Source: Mobilicoccus sp.
GTDB taxonomy: Bacteria > Actinomycetota > Actinomycetes > Actinomycetales > Dermatophilaceae
Assembly: GCA_032100225.1 (NCBI GenBank)
Contig: DAMDJY010000001.1
Location: 1-45,950 of the forward strand
DNA length: 45,950 nt
Direction: 5' to 3'
This document shows, piece after piece, positions 26,908-36,696 of the stretch (the stretch's first letter is position 1; each line of letters begins with the position of its first letter). The translations under genes and the position numbers were made by a program. The notes beneath the pieces are model-generated. The model saw only the letters and a program-made list of their open reading frames with translations. It was not told the DNA's origin and made no database searches.

Positions 26908-27840
26908 TCAGGCAGCGGCGGACAGCACCTTCTTGAGCGTGTCGGTGATGATGCGGACCTCGTCGACGCCCACGGTCAGCGGCGGGGCGATGCGAATCGT
27001 GGAGCCGTGCGTCTCCTTGACGAGGACACCCTCCTTCGCCATCGCGAGCGCGACCTGCTTGCCGGTCATGAGCGCGGGGTCGACGTCCTCGTGGTCGCAC
27101 GCGAAGGTGCGCCCGGTGCGGCCGAGACCGGACTGGATCTCGTCGGCGATCATCAGTGTGTTGCGCTCGGTGCACAGCTCGCGCACGCCGCGCAGGAAGC
27201 CGTCCGGCGGGATGAGGACGCCGCCCTCACCCTGGATCGGCTCGAGGAGCACCGCGACGGTGTTCTCGTCGACGGCCGCGTCGAGTGCAGCGAGGTCGCC
27301 GTAGGGGACGATCGTGAAGCCGGGCGTGAATGGCCCAAAACCCTCACGGGCGACCTCGTCGGTGGAGAATCCGACGATCGTCGTCGTGCGGCCTTGGAAG
27401 TTGCCGTCCATGACGACGATGTTCGAACGGTCGGCCGACACGCCCTTGCGCATGGCGCCCCAGCGGCGGGCGACCTTGATCCCGCTCTCCACGGCCTCGG
27501 CGCCCGTGTTCATCGGCAGAACCATCTCCTTGCCACACAACCGCGCGAGGGCCGAGGCGAACCCGGCGAGGCGGTCGGTCTCGAAGGCGCGGCTGGCGAG
27601 AGTGAGTCGGTCCAACTGCTCACGCGCGACGGAGAGCAGGTGCGGGTGTCCGTGCCCGAAGTTGAGGGCTGGGTACCCGGCCAGCGCATCCAAGTAGCGG
27701 CGGCCGTCGACGTCGGTGACCCAGCAGCCCTCGCCCGAGGTCAGCACGACCGGCAGGGGGGAGTAGTTGGGGGCGATGGCGGCGTCTGCCGCGGCATCCG
27801 GTGTCGTCGGGCGGGTTGTGGCAGGGGAGGGCGCAGACTT
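26908..27840 (-). pseudogene. rocD: Ornithine--oxo-acid transaminase pseudogene (start codon lost, internal deletion)
   Basis: NYSPLPVV, LPMNTGAEAVE, EPIQGEGG, DEIQSGLGRTG and IRIAPPL are present, but HEDV joins directly to DPALMTG with no GKALGGG / STFGGNP segment. RBS AGGAG is followed by AAG instead of ATG. Confidence 0.85.
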
Positions 27841-28139
27841 GGGGCTCCTAGGTCATCGTGCTGGGTGGGCGAGCGGATCGGTCGTCGCGAGCGGCGCCAC
27901 GGATGGTGGCGACATCGCCGCGGATCCGGGATTCGTGTGGGGTTGTCCCATCCCGGCGGCCTTACCTCCCCGCTGCGGCGCAGGGACGGCGTCAGATCTC
28001 TTGGGTCGCAAGGGTCATGACGCGCGGCCGGCCTCTGGGCCCGGCCCGCTCACCGTATCCGCCTGCGGGCGGGGCGCGTCAACCCTTGAGACGGCCGTGT
28101 GCACCTGTGAGATCGGTCGGAGCGCCTACGATGGCGAGC

Positions 28140-28712
28140 ATGCAGACGCCGGAAGCCCCTGAGGAGGCCAGCAAGTTCGCTCGGGTTCGAGACGGGTTCC
28201 AACGTCTCTGGACTCCGCACCGCATGGCCTACATCCGCAGCGGCAAGCCGCCCGCCAAACCCGGCCGCCCCTCCGCCTCCACACAGCCCCCGGAGTGTCC
28301 GTTCTGCGCCGCACGCGGCCGCAGCGACGAAGAGGGACTGATCGTGCATCGCGGGGAGCACTGTTACGTCGTGCTCAACCTCTTTCCGTACAACCCCGGC
28401 CACATGCTCGTGTGCCCCTACCGCCACGTGCCGCGCTACCTCGACCTCACCGACGAGGAGACGCTCGAGTTCACCGCCCTGACCAAGGACGCGGTGCGGG
28501 CCGTCGAGAAGGCCTCCAATCCGGCCGGATTCAACCTCGGCATGAACCAGGGAGCCGTCGCCGGTGCGGGCGTCGAAGCGCACCTGCACCAGCACGTCGT
28601 CCCCCGCTGGAGCGGCGACATGAACTTTCTGCCGATCATCGCCCAGACCAAGGCGCTGCCCGTCCTTCTCGAGGACACCCGCCAAGAGCTCATCGAGGCC
28701 TGGCCGAGCTGA
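28140..28712 (+). CDS. HIT-family protein (Ap4A phosphorylase-like)
   Basis: RLWTPHRMAYI, CPFC, LNLFPYNPGH, GFNLGMNQG..AGAG..AHLHQHVVPRW. ATG lies 7 nt after -10 TACGAT. Confidence 0.9.
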   Translation: MQTPEAPEEASKFARVRDGFQRLWTPHRMAYIRSGKPPAKPGRPSASTQPPECPFCAARGRSDEEGLIVHRGEHCYVVLNLFPYNPGHMLVCPYRHVPRYLDLTDEETLEFTALTKDAVRAVEKASNPAGFNLGMNQGAVAGAGVEAHLHQHVVPRWSGDMNFLPIIAQTKALPVLLEDTRQELIEAWPS

Positions 28713-28730
28713 GGGTTTCGCCTCACACAC

Positions 28731-28770
28731 CGACGGCGCGGATCCTGGACTCCCAGGACCCGCGCCGTCG
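28731..28770. terminator. Hairpin between convergent HIT and EF-G2 genes
   Basis: CGACGGCGCGG-A-TCCTGG / CCAGGA-C-CCGCGCCGTCG. Confidence 0.75.
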
Positions 28771-28821
28771 TCGTGTCCGCAACGTTGTGTGTCGCGACGG
28801 TGGCCTATCCGATCGACAGAC

Positions 28822-30930
28822 TCAGGCGTGAGCGGTGTGCTCGGCCACGAGGTGGGCGGGCATGAGTTCGTACCCGCTCATCGACCGCTCGAACGTGCCT
28901 GCGCCCTGAGAGACGGAGCGCAGGTCGACGGCATACCGGGTGAGCTCGGTCTGAGGCACCTCGGCGGTGACGACGGTGAAGCCCTCGCGATCGGCGGGGC
29001 CACTGCCGAGGATCCGGCCACGGCGACCACTGATGTCGGTCATGACGGCTCCGACGTGGTCGTCGGGCACGGTGACCGTGAGGGTGTCGATGGGTTCGAG
29101 CAGAGCGGTCGCGCCGTCCTGTGCGGCGGCCTCCTTGAGCGCCAACGCGCCGGCCATCTGGAACGCCGCGTCGGAGGAGTCGACCGAGTGGGCCTTGCCG
29201 TCCAGGAGTGTCACGCGGACGTCGACGACCGGGAACCCGGCGACGACACCCCGTTCGAGCTGGGCGCGGACGCCCTTCTCGACGCTGGGGATGAACTGGC
29301 GGGGGACCGCGCCTCCGACGACCTTGTCGACGAACTCGAATCCGGCGCCACGCTCCAGCGGCTCGACCTCGATGTCGCAGATCGCGTACTGGCCGTGGCC
29401 GCCGCTCTGCTTGACGTGGCGTCCCTTGGCCGCAGCCTTGGCGACGAACGTCTCACGCAGCGCCGTGCGCACCGGCACGACCTCGACCGAGACGTCGAGC
29501 TCGTCCTTGAGCCGCAACAGGACGAGGTCGAGGTGGGTCTGGCCCATGGTCCACAGGACGACCTGGCCGGTCTCGGAGTTGTGCTCGACCCGCAACGACG
29601 GGTCGCTGCCGGCCAGTCGCTGCAGCGCGCCGGGGAGCTTGTCCTCGTCACCGCGCGCCGACGGCTGAACGGCCGCGGGCAGCAGCGCGTCGGGCATCGT
29701 CCAGGGGGCGACGACGACTGGGGACTCCTTGGGGCTGAGGGTGTCGGCCACCGCCGCGCCGGGCAGCTTCTGGACGACGACGATCTCGCCGGCGATCGCG
29801 GAGTCCTTGGGGCGCAGGGTCTCGCCGAGCGGCGAGGCGAGCGGGCCGACGCGCACGTCGTCGTCGTGATCCGGGCGTCCTTCGACGTCCTTGCCGCTGA
29901 AGCTGCCGAGGTGGCCCGAGACGTGGACGACCTGATCCGGGCGCAACGTGCCCGTGAACACGCGAACGAGGGCGACGTGCCCGACGTAGGAGTCGTTGGT
30001 CGTGCGGATGACCTCGGCGACCAGGGGAGCAGACGGGTCGACCTCGATGTCGGGAGCCTCGGCGCCGCTGACGGTGTACGCCTTGGGCCGGTTGGCCTCC
30101 GTCGGCGGCGGGAAGGCCGCACCGATGAGGTGGAGCAGCACGTCGATGCCCGCGCCCGTGGAGACGCTGACCGGCACGACGGGGTGGAACGAGCCGCGTT
30201 CCACGGCCGTCAGGAGGGCCCGCTCGACGACGTCGAAGCCGATCTGCTCGCCGCCGAGGTATCGGTCGAGCAGGGTGTCGTCCTCCGCCTCGGTGATGAT
30301 GCCCTCGAGCAGGGGACCGTGGTACGTGTCGAAGAACCCGATGTGTTCGTCGGTGGTGGGCCGGACGACGCGGGTGCCACCGGCGTAGTCGTGCACCTCA
30401 CCGAGGACGAGGTCGACGATGTGCTCGAGAGCCGCGTCGCCGCCCATGACCGGCACTCCCAGCGGCATGACGCCCTCGCCGAACGCGGACTGGCAATCGG
30501 CGATGGCGGTGTCGAAATCGGCGTTGGGGGTGTCGAGCTTGGTGAGCACGACGGCGAGTGGCGCGCCCACCTCCTTGCACTCGTGCCACAGGGAACGCGT
30601 GGCTGCATCGACGCCGTCGGCTGCGGAGATGACGAACACCGCCGCATCGGCGGCGCGCAAACCGGCTCGCAGATCACCGACGAAGTCTGCGTATCCGGGG
30701 GTGTCGATGAGGTTGATCACCAGATCGCCACTGGTCACCGAGGCGACGTTCAGTCCCGTGGACCGGCCACCGTCGCGATTCGGCGGGCGATACCCGGCAG
30801 TGGTCGTCGTGACGAGGTGGTCGAACAGTCGGGTCTTGCCCGATCCGCTGGGGCCGACCAGCACGACGTTGCGCAGGGCCCTCGGGGAGGAGACGGTGGG
30901 GGAACTGGTGGAGGTGTCTTGTCTGCCCAT
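28822..30930 (-). CDS. fusA2: Elongation factor G-like protein (EF-G2)
   Basis: RNVVLVGPSGSGKT, DTPGYADF, HVKQSGGHGQY, DGKAHSVDSSD.AF, LLEPI; full EF-G domain layout. Confidence 0.9.
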   Translation of the reverse strand: MGRQDTSTSSPTVSSPRALRNVVLVGPSGSGKTRLFDHLVTTTTAGYRPPNRDGGRSTGLNVASVTSGDLVINLIDTPGYADFVGDLRAGLRAADAAVFVISAADGVDAATRSLWHECKEVGAPLAVVLTKLDTPNADFDTAIADCQSAFGEGVMPLGVPVMGGDAALEHIVDLVLGEVHDYAGGTRVVRPTTDEHIGFFDTYHGPLLEGIITEAEDDTLLDRYLGGEQIGFDVVERALLTAVERGSFHPVVPVSVSTGAGIDVLLHLIGAAFPPPTEANRPKAYTVSGAEAPDIEVDPSAPLVAEVIRTTNDSYVGHVALVRVFTGTLRPDQVVHVSGHLGSFSGKDVEGRPDHDDDVRVGPLASPLGETLRPKDSAIAGEIVVVQKLPGAAVADTLSPKESPVVVAPWTMPDALLPAAVQPSARGDEDKLPGALQRLAGSDPSLRVEHNSETGQVVLWTMGQTHLDLVLLRLKDELDVSVEVVPVRTALRETFVAKAAAKGRHVKQSGGHGQYAICDIEVEPLERGAGFEFVDKVVGGAVPRQFIPSVEKGVRAQLERGVVAGFPVVDVRVTLLDGKAHSVDSSDAAFQMAGALALKEAAAQDGATALLEPIDTLTVTVPDDHVGAVMTDISGRRGRILGSGPADREGFTVVTAEVPQTELTRYAVDLRSVSQGAGTFERSMSGYELMPAHLVAEHTAHA

Positions 30931-31039
30931 AGCTCACTGTGCCCCCGCCGAGTTGACCCCGACCGGGACTTCGGTCCTGTGCTCGCAGCCCCCCGGCCCG
31001 GAGAGGGCGCTCAGCCGCGGGCGTTAGGCTGACGCCACC

Positions 31040-31654
31040 ATGCTGAGCCGATTTGCGCAGGCGTTCGTGCGCCGCCTTCTGACCCCCCTGGCCCGACTCC
31101 TCCTCAAGATGGGGGTCGGGCCCGATGCCGTCACCGTCCTCGGCACCGTCGGCGTCGTGGCCGGCGCGTTGTGGTTCTACCCCCGTGGCGAGTTCTGGTG
31201 GGGAACCCTCGTCATCACCCTGTTCGTCTTCTCCGACACCCTCGACGGGACCATGGCCCGGCTCTCCGGGCGCACGAGCCCGTGGGGCGCCTTCCTCGAC
31301 TCGACCCTCGACCGGCTCGGTGACGCGGCGGTGTTCGGCGGAATTCTGCTGTACTTCGCCGAGCAGCCGGGTGGAGTGCCCACGGCGTGGGCGGCGCTCG
31401 CGTGCCTCGTGTTCGGGTTCATGGTCAGTTACGCGCGGGCTCGGGCCGAGGGCCTCGGGTTCGACGCCAAGGGTGGGATTGCCGAGCGCGCCGACCGCCT
31501 CGTGGTCGTCCTCGTCGCCACCGGCCTGACCGGCCTGTTCGGCTGGCCCGACATGGTGCTCACCGTGGTGCTCACGATCCTCGCGGTGGCGAGCGCCATC
31601 ACCGTCGTGCAGCGCATGGCAGCGGTCAAGTCCCAGGCTTTCCCACTCGGCTGA
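31040..31654 (+). CDS. pgsA: Phosphatidylinositol phosphate synthase (CDP-alcohol phosphatidyltransferase)
   Basis: Signature D.LDG.MAR......WGAFLDSTLDR..D, plus VSYARARAE and ERADR. Confidence 0.9.
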   Translation: MLSRFAQAFVRRLLTPLARLLLKMGVGPDAVTVLGTVGVVAGALWFYPRGEFWWGTLVITLFVFSDTLDGTMARLSGRTSPWGAFLDSTLDRLGDAAVFGGILLYFAEQPGGVPTAWAALACLVFGFMVSYARARAEGLGFDAKGGIAERADRLVVVLVATGLTGLFGWPDMVLTVVLTILAVASAITVVQRMAAVKSQAFPLG

Positions 31655-31738
31655 AGGGCTGCGCGCTCGCACGTAGACTGTGCGCCGCCGAGGTGCGATC
31701 CGTTGCCATCGGCCTCCCCGACCTCGAAGTGAGTCACC

Positions 31739-32671
31739 GTGACATCTGCTGACGTCTCCGCCACCGGCCAGAACGACGCCTCGACCTCCAGCACCACCGG
31801 GACCGCCCGGGTCAAGCGCGGCATGGCCGAGATGCTCAAGGGCGGCGTCATCATGGATGTCGTCACGCCCGACCAGGCCAAGATCGCCGAGGACGCCGGC
31901 GCTGTCGCCGTCATGGCGCTCGAGCGGGTCCCCGCCGACATTCGCGCCCAGGGTGGCGTGTCGCGCATGAGCGACCCCGACATGATCGACGGCATCATCG
32001 AGGCCGTCTCGATCCCCGTCATGGCCAAGGCCCGCATCGGCCACTTCGTCGAGGCGCAGGTGCTGCAGAGCCTCGGTGTCGACTACATCGACGAGTCCGA
32101 GGTGCTCACCCCGGCCGACTACAGCAACCACATCGACAAGTGGCAGTTCACCGTCCCCTTCGTCTGTGGGGCCACCAACCTGGGCGAGGCACTCCGCCGC
32201 ATCACCGAGGGTGCGGCCATGATCCGCTCCAAGGGTGAGGCCGGCACGGGCGACGTCTCCAACGCCACCACGCACATGCGCAAGATCCGCGGCGAGATCA
32301 ACCGCCTGCGCACCATGGAGCCCGACGAGCTGTACGTCGCCGCCAAGGAGCTGCAGGCGCCGTACGAGCTGGTCAAGGAGGTCGCCGAGGCAGGCAAGCT
32401 GCCCGTCGTCCTCTTCACCGCCGGTGGCATCGCCACCCCGGCCGACGCAGCGATGATGCGTCAGCTCGGCGCCGAGGGCGTGTTCGTCGGCTCCGGCATC
32501 TTCAAGTCGGGCAACCCCGCCGAGCGTGCCGCAGCCATCGTCAAGGCCGCCACGTTCTACGACGACCCCGACACCATCGCGCAGGTCAGCCGCGGACTGG
32601 GCGAGGCCATGGTCGGCATCAACGTCGAAGAGATCCCGCAGCCGCACCGCCTCGCCGAGCGCGGTTGGTGA
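31739..32671 (+). CDS. pdxS: Pyridoxal 5'-phosphate synthase lyase subunit
   Basis: [54 protein letters not shown]. Confidence 0.97.
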   Translation: MTSADVSATGQNDASTSSTTGTARVKRGMAEMLKGGVIMDVVTPDQAKIAEDAGAVAVMALERVPADIRAQGGVSRMSDPDMIDGIIEAVSIPVMAKARIGHFVEAQVLQSLGVDYIDESEVLTPADYSNHIDKWQFTVPFVCGATNLGEALRRITEGAAMIRSKGEAGTGDVSNATTHMRKIRGEINRLRTMEPDELYVAAKELQAPYELVKEVAEAGKLPVVLFTAGGIATPADAAMMRQLGAEGVFVGSGIFKSGNPAERAAAIVKAATFYDDPDTIAQVSRGLGEAMVGINVEEIPQPHRLAERGW

Positions 32672-32745
32672 ATCGGGCGCACATCCGGCGGGTTTCGTCG
32701 ACCCGCCAGGCTGTTGTCGTCCTCATCCCTGCCGATTGAGCGGGT

Positions 32746-33072
32746 ATGAGCCAGAACGTTCTCCCCTCCACCGACCGTTTCGAATATCAGGAAATGATCG
32801 TCGGCATCGCCCACCATCGCACCGGCCCGACGAACTTTCGGCGCGTCACCACCCGCGATGGGCACAGCCTGCAGATCGGTGAGGTGCGTTCGCCGCTGGC
32901 CGCCCTCAACGAGATGGGTGACCAGGGGTGGCAGGTCGTGCGCGAGCAGCCCGTCGTGCACGAACAGCACCCGTGGGTCGTGGCCGAACTCCAGGACGAG
33001 GACGCGGACGTCGTCAGCGTCTCCAGCTCGCGTGAGTACCTGATGATCCGCCGCCGCTCGGCCGAGGACTGA
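32746..33072 (+). CDS. Hypothetical protein, DUF4177-like
   Basis: Pattern FEY ... [12 protein letters not shown] ... YLMIRR is typical of DUF4177-type domains; the ORF fills the pdxS-pdxT gap. Confidence 0.6.
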   Translation: MSQNVLPSTDRFEYQEMIVGIAHHRTGPTNFRRVTTRDGHSLQIGEVRSPLAALNEMGDQGWQVVREQPVVHEQHPWVVAELQDEDADVVSVSSSREYLMIRRRSAED

Positions 33073-33109
33073 CCTCGGCCGTGCGGCGGAGGGCGTAATC
33101 TCTGCGCTC

Positions 33110-33730
33110 GTGACCAGACCGACCATCGGCGTCCTCGCCGTTCAAGGTGACGTGCGTGAGCACGCTGCCGCCCTCGCCCAGTGCGACGCCGACGTGGTGC
33201 TCGTGCGGCGTCCCTCCGAGTTGCCCTCGCTCGACGGCATCGTGCTGCCGGGTGGGGAGTCGACGACCATCGACAAGCTGCTGCGGGCCTTCGACCTGTT
33301 CGAGCCGTTGTCGTCGGCCATCGAGGGCGGTCTCCCGGCCTACGGGTCGTGCGCGGGAATGATCCTGCTGGCCGATCGGCTCGTCGAAGCACACCGCGGG
33401 CAACATACCCTCGGGGGCATCGACATGGTGGTGCGGCGCAACGCCTTCGGGCGTCAGGTCGATTCGTTCGAGGTGGATCTCGACGTCGCCGACGAGGCCT
33501 TCACCTCTCCGCTGCGTGCCGTGTTCATCCGTGCGCCCTGGATCGAAGAACTCGGCGAGGGCGTCCAGACGCTCGCCTCGGTCGAGTTCGACGGTTCCCA
33601 GCGGCCCGTCGCGGTGCGTCAGGGCAACCTGCTGGCGACGTCGTTCCACCCCGAGGTGACCGGCGACCTGCGCGTCCACGAGATGTTCGTCCGGATGGTG
33701 CGCGAACGCGGCGGCGACGCGCGCGGGTGA
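33110..33730 (+). CDS. pdxT: Pyridoxal 5'-phosphate synthase glutaminase subunit
   Basis: [47 protein letters not shown]. Confidence 0.96.
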   Translation: MTRPTIGVLAVQGDVREHAAALAQCDADVVLVRRPSELPSLDGIVLPGGESTTIDKLLRAFDLFEPLSSAIEGGLPAYGSCAGMILLADRLVEAHRGQHTLGGIDMVVRRNAFGRQVDSFEVDLDVADEAFTSPLRAVFIRAPWIEELGEGVQTLASVEFDGSQRPVAVRQGNLLATSFHPEVTGDLRVHEMFVRMVRERGGDARG

Positions 33731-33894
33731 CGCGGTTTCACCCTGAACCACGCCGCCACGTAGGATTCGACAAGCCTTTCCCGGGCTCGACCCGGGCACG
33801 ACGGCCTCCCACCCCTGCGGATGGTACGAGGGCGTCGGATTCCGCGGACGAGTCAGTACGTGGCCGGTGGCGAGCCGGCAGTCAGGAGAACACG

Positions 33895-34665
33895 ATGAGC
33901 GGTCACTCCAAGTGGGCGACGACCAAGCACAAGAAGGCGGCGATCGACGCCAAGCGCGGCAAGCTCTTCGCCAAGCTCATCAAGAACATCGAGGTCGCGG
34001 CCCGCACGGGCGGCGGCGACCTCAGCGGTAACCCAACGCTGTTCGACGCGGTGCAGAAGGCCAAGAAGTCCTCCGTGCCCAACGACAACATCGACCGCGC
34101 CGTCAAGCGCGGCTCCGGTGCCGAGGCCGGCGGCGCCGACTGGCAGACCATCATGTACGAGGGCTACGCCCCCGGCGGTGTGGCCGTACTCATCGAGTGC
34201 CTCACCGACAACCGCAACCGTGCCGCCACCGAAGTCCGCGTGGCGCTCTCGCGCAACGGCGGCTCGCTGGCCGACCCGGGCAGCGTCGCCTACAACTTCT
34301 CCCGCAAGGGCGTCGTCATGGTGCCCAAGGCCCAGAAGGACGGCGAGGTCACCGAGGACTCCCTGCTCGAGGTCGTGCTGGAGGCCGGCGCCGACGAGGT
34401 CGAGGACTACGGCGACAGCTTCCGCATCATTTCCGAGGCCACCGACTTCGTGGCCGTACGCAGCGCGCTGCAGCAGGCCGGCGTCGACTACGACTCCGCC
34501 GAGGCCGAGTTCGTGCCCAACCTGCAGGTTCCGCTCGATGTCGAGGGCGCCCGCAAGATGCTCCGCGTCGTCGACGCGCTCGAAGACAGCGACGACGTGC
34601 AGAACGTCTACGTCAACGGAGACATCTCCGAAGATGTCGCCGCCCAGCTCGACGAGGACGAGTGA
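33895..34665 (+). CDS. yebC: YebC/PmpR family protein
   Basis: [47 protein letters not shown]. Confidence 0.95.
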   Translation: MSGHSKWATTKHKKAAIDAKRGKLFAKLIKNIEVAARTGGGDLSGNPTLFDAVQKAKKSSVPNDNIDRAVKRGSGAEAGGADWQTIMYEGYAPGGVAVLIECLTDNRNRAATEVRVALSRNGGSLADPGSVAYNFSRKGVVMVPKAQKDGEVTEDSLLEVVLEAGADEVEDYGDSFRIISEATDFVAVRSALQQAGVDYDSAEAEFVPNLQVPLDVEGARKMLRVVDALEDSDDVQNVYVNGDISEDVAAQLDEDE

Positions 34666-34749
34666 CGCACCTGCGCTTCTGAGGTTCACGCCACACGAAG
34701 CGGGGTGACGAAATATCACCGAGCTGGTCGCGCCACCAGCCGGGTGCGA

Positions 34750-35412
34750 TCACCAGCCGCGAGCACGCCATTCGTCGAGGTGCGGGCGCTCGGTGCCGAT
34801 GGTGGTGGCGGCGCCGTGGCCGGGGTGGACGATCGTGTCGTCGTCCAGAGCGTCGAATAGGCGGGTGGAGACGTCCTCGATGAGGGACGCGAACTCGGTG
34901 GGGGAGTTCGTCTTCCCGACACCTCCGGGAAAGAGGGAGTCGCCACTGAAGAGGTGGTCCGGACCCTCGGGGGTGCGCAGCAGAAAGGCGATGGAGCCGG
35001 GGGTGTGGCCGCGCAGGGCGATGGCCTCCAGGGAGAGCCCGCCGAAGTCGCCCACGTCGCCGTGGGTCACGGTGTGCTGAGTGGGGTGCTCGATGTCGGG
35101 AGCGTCGTCGACGCCCGCGATCGTCGTGGCTCCGGTGCTGGTGGCGACCTCCGGCAGGGCTCGGACGTGGTCCCAGTGGGAGTGGGTCGTGCAGATGGCC
35201 TGCAGGCTGGGGGCGGTGGGGTCGTCGCCCGAGACGGGGCCGTCGGCCGCGGACTCGCGCAGGAGTGCCTCGATGGCGGGCGCATCGTCGGCAGCGTCGA
35301 TGAGGACGCGGGCGCCGGTGCTCTTGGCGGTGAGCAGGTACACGTTGTTGTCCATGTCGGACACGGAGATTCGGCGGATGACGACGTCAGGCGTATCGAT
35401 GGTCTCGCTCAT
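34750..35412 (-). CDS. MBL-fold metallo-hydrolase (glyoxalase II-like)
   Basis: MDNNVY, THSHWDH, GHTPGS, FSGDSLFPGG, HPGHG. ATG lies 6 nt after -10 TATGCT. Confidence 0.88.
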   Translation of the reverse strand: MSETIDTPDVVIRRISVSDMDNNVYLLTAKSTGARVLIDAADDAPAIEALLRESAADGPVSGDDPTAPSLQAICTTHSHWDHVRALPEVATSTGATTIAGVDDAPDIEHPTQHTVTHGDVGDFGGLSLEAIALRGHTPGSIAFLLRTPEGPDHLFSGDSLFPGGVGKTNSPTEFASLIEDVSTRLFDALDDDTIVHPGHGAATTIGTERPHLDEWRARGW

Positions 35413-35459
35413 GCGTCGAGCATAGGTGCGGCGTGGCGAGGACGCCCATGGCGAAGGGT

Positions 35460-35481
35460 TGTCGGCTCGCCGCCGTACAGT
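35460..35481 (+). promoter_or_regulatory. PafBC (RecA-NDp-type) DNA-damage promoter motif
   Basis: TGTCGG-N10-TACAGT matches the TGTCGG-N10-TA-N3-T consensus exactly. Confidence 0.75.
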
Positions 35482-35487
35482 GTCCAT

Positions 35488-35501
35488 CGAACAGTTGTTC
35501 G
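35488..35501. promoter_or_regulatory. LexA (SOS) box upstream of ruvC
   Basis: CGAAC-AGTT-GTTCG matches the Gram-positive/actinobacterial CGAAC-N4-GTTCG consensus and sits at the predicted transcription start. Confidence 0.85.
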
Positions 35502-35521
35502 CCGTATCTGAAGGAGGGTCC

Positions 35522-36100
35522 ATGCGAGTGCTGGGCGTGGACCCGGGGTTGACCCGGTGCGGGTTGGGCATCGTCGACGGTGGCCTCGGCAAGCCGCTGA
35601 CCATGGTCGCTGTCGGTGTGGTGCGCACGCCGGTGGGGGAGCCGGTGCCGCAGCGACTCCTCGCTCTGCAGATCGAACTCGAAGACTGGGTGGAGAAGTA
35701 CCGTCCCGACGCGATCGCCGTCGAACGGGTCTTCGCCCGAAACGACGTCAGCACGATCATGGGTACGGCCCAGGCGAGCTCGATCCCCATGCTGGCCGCG
35801 GCTAAGCGCGGGCTGCCCCTGGCCATGCATACCCCCAGCGAGGTCAAGGCCGCCGTGACCGGCAATGGTCGCGCCGACAAGGCGCAGGTCACCGCCATGA
35901 TCACGCGCATCCTGCGCCTCACCGAGGCGCCCCGCCCCGCCGACGCCGCCGATGCGCTGGCGCTCGCGGTGTGTCACGTGTGGCGTGGTGGCGCGCAATC
36001 CCGAATCGACGACGCGATGGCCAAGGCCCGCAGTCGTGGCACGCCGGTCCAGGCACGTCGCACGGCACGTCCGGTCACATCACGAGGGAGCCAAGCATGA
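35522..36100 (+). CDS. ruvC: Crossover junction endodeoxyribonuclease
   Basis: [55 protein letters not shown]. Confidence 0.96.
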   Translation: MRVLGVDPGLTRCGLGIVDGGLGKPLTMVAVGVVRTPVGEPVPQRLLALQIELEDWVEKYRPDAIAVERVFARNDVSTIMGTAQASSIPMLAAAKRGLPLAMHTPSEVKAAVTGNGRADKAQVTAMITRILRLTEAPRPADAADALALAVCHVWRGGAQSRIDDAMAKARSRGTPVQARRTARPVTSRGSQA

Positions 36101-36696
36101 TCAGCAGCCTGACCGGGGTCACCCGGCACGTCGGACTCGACCGTCTCGTCGTCGAGGTCGGTGGCGTGGGTTTCGCCGTGCTGACCACCCCGGCCACCGC
36201 GGCAGCGCAGCACCTCGGCCACGACACGACCCTCGCGACCTCCCTCGTGGTGCGCGAGGACTCGATGACCCTCTACGGGTTCGCCTCCACAGACGAGCGC
36301 GACCTGTTCGAGACCGTGCAGACCGTCTCGGGCGTCGGCCCGCGCCTGGCGCTCGCGATGTTGGCCGTGCTCGACCCCGACACCCTGCGCATCGCCGTCG
36401 CCTCCAGCGACCTGGCCACCCTCACCAAGGTGCCGGGCATCGGTAAGAAGGGCGCCGAACGCATCGCCCTGGAGCTGCGCGACAAGATCGCCGCGCCGTC
36501 GGCTGCCGGTGGCGTCGCGCCCCCCACTGCTGCCGCGACGGCCGATGCCGGTCGCGAACCGGTGCGTGAGGCGCTGGTCGGCCTCGGGTGGACGGCCAAG
36601 CAGGCCGACGCCGCCATCGAGAAGGTCGTCGCGCACGACGCCGACCCGAGTGTGCCCGCCCTGCTCAAGGCCGCGCTGCGGGAGCTCGGCCGATGA
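36097..36696 (+). CDS. ruvA: Holliday junction branch migration protein
   Basis: [45 protein letters not shown]. Confidence 0.95.
   Translation: MISSLTGVTRHVGLDRLVVEVGGVGFAVLTTPATAAAQHLGHDTTLATSLVVREDSMTLYGFASTDERDLFETVQTVSGVGPRLALAMLAVLDPDTLRIAVASSDLATLTKVPGIGKKGAERIALELRDKIAAPSAAGGVAPPTAAATADAGREPVREALVGLGWTAKQADAAIEKVVAHDADPSVPALLKAALRELGR

Noticed and set aside
27050..27075. MTGKQ as the catalytic PLP-lysine of rocD
   Set aside because: Its context (DPALMTGKQVALAM..EGVLVKETH) belongs to the C-terminal domain, not the GKALGGG motif, so it does not rescue the gene.
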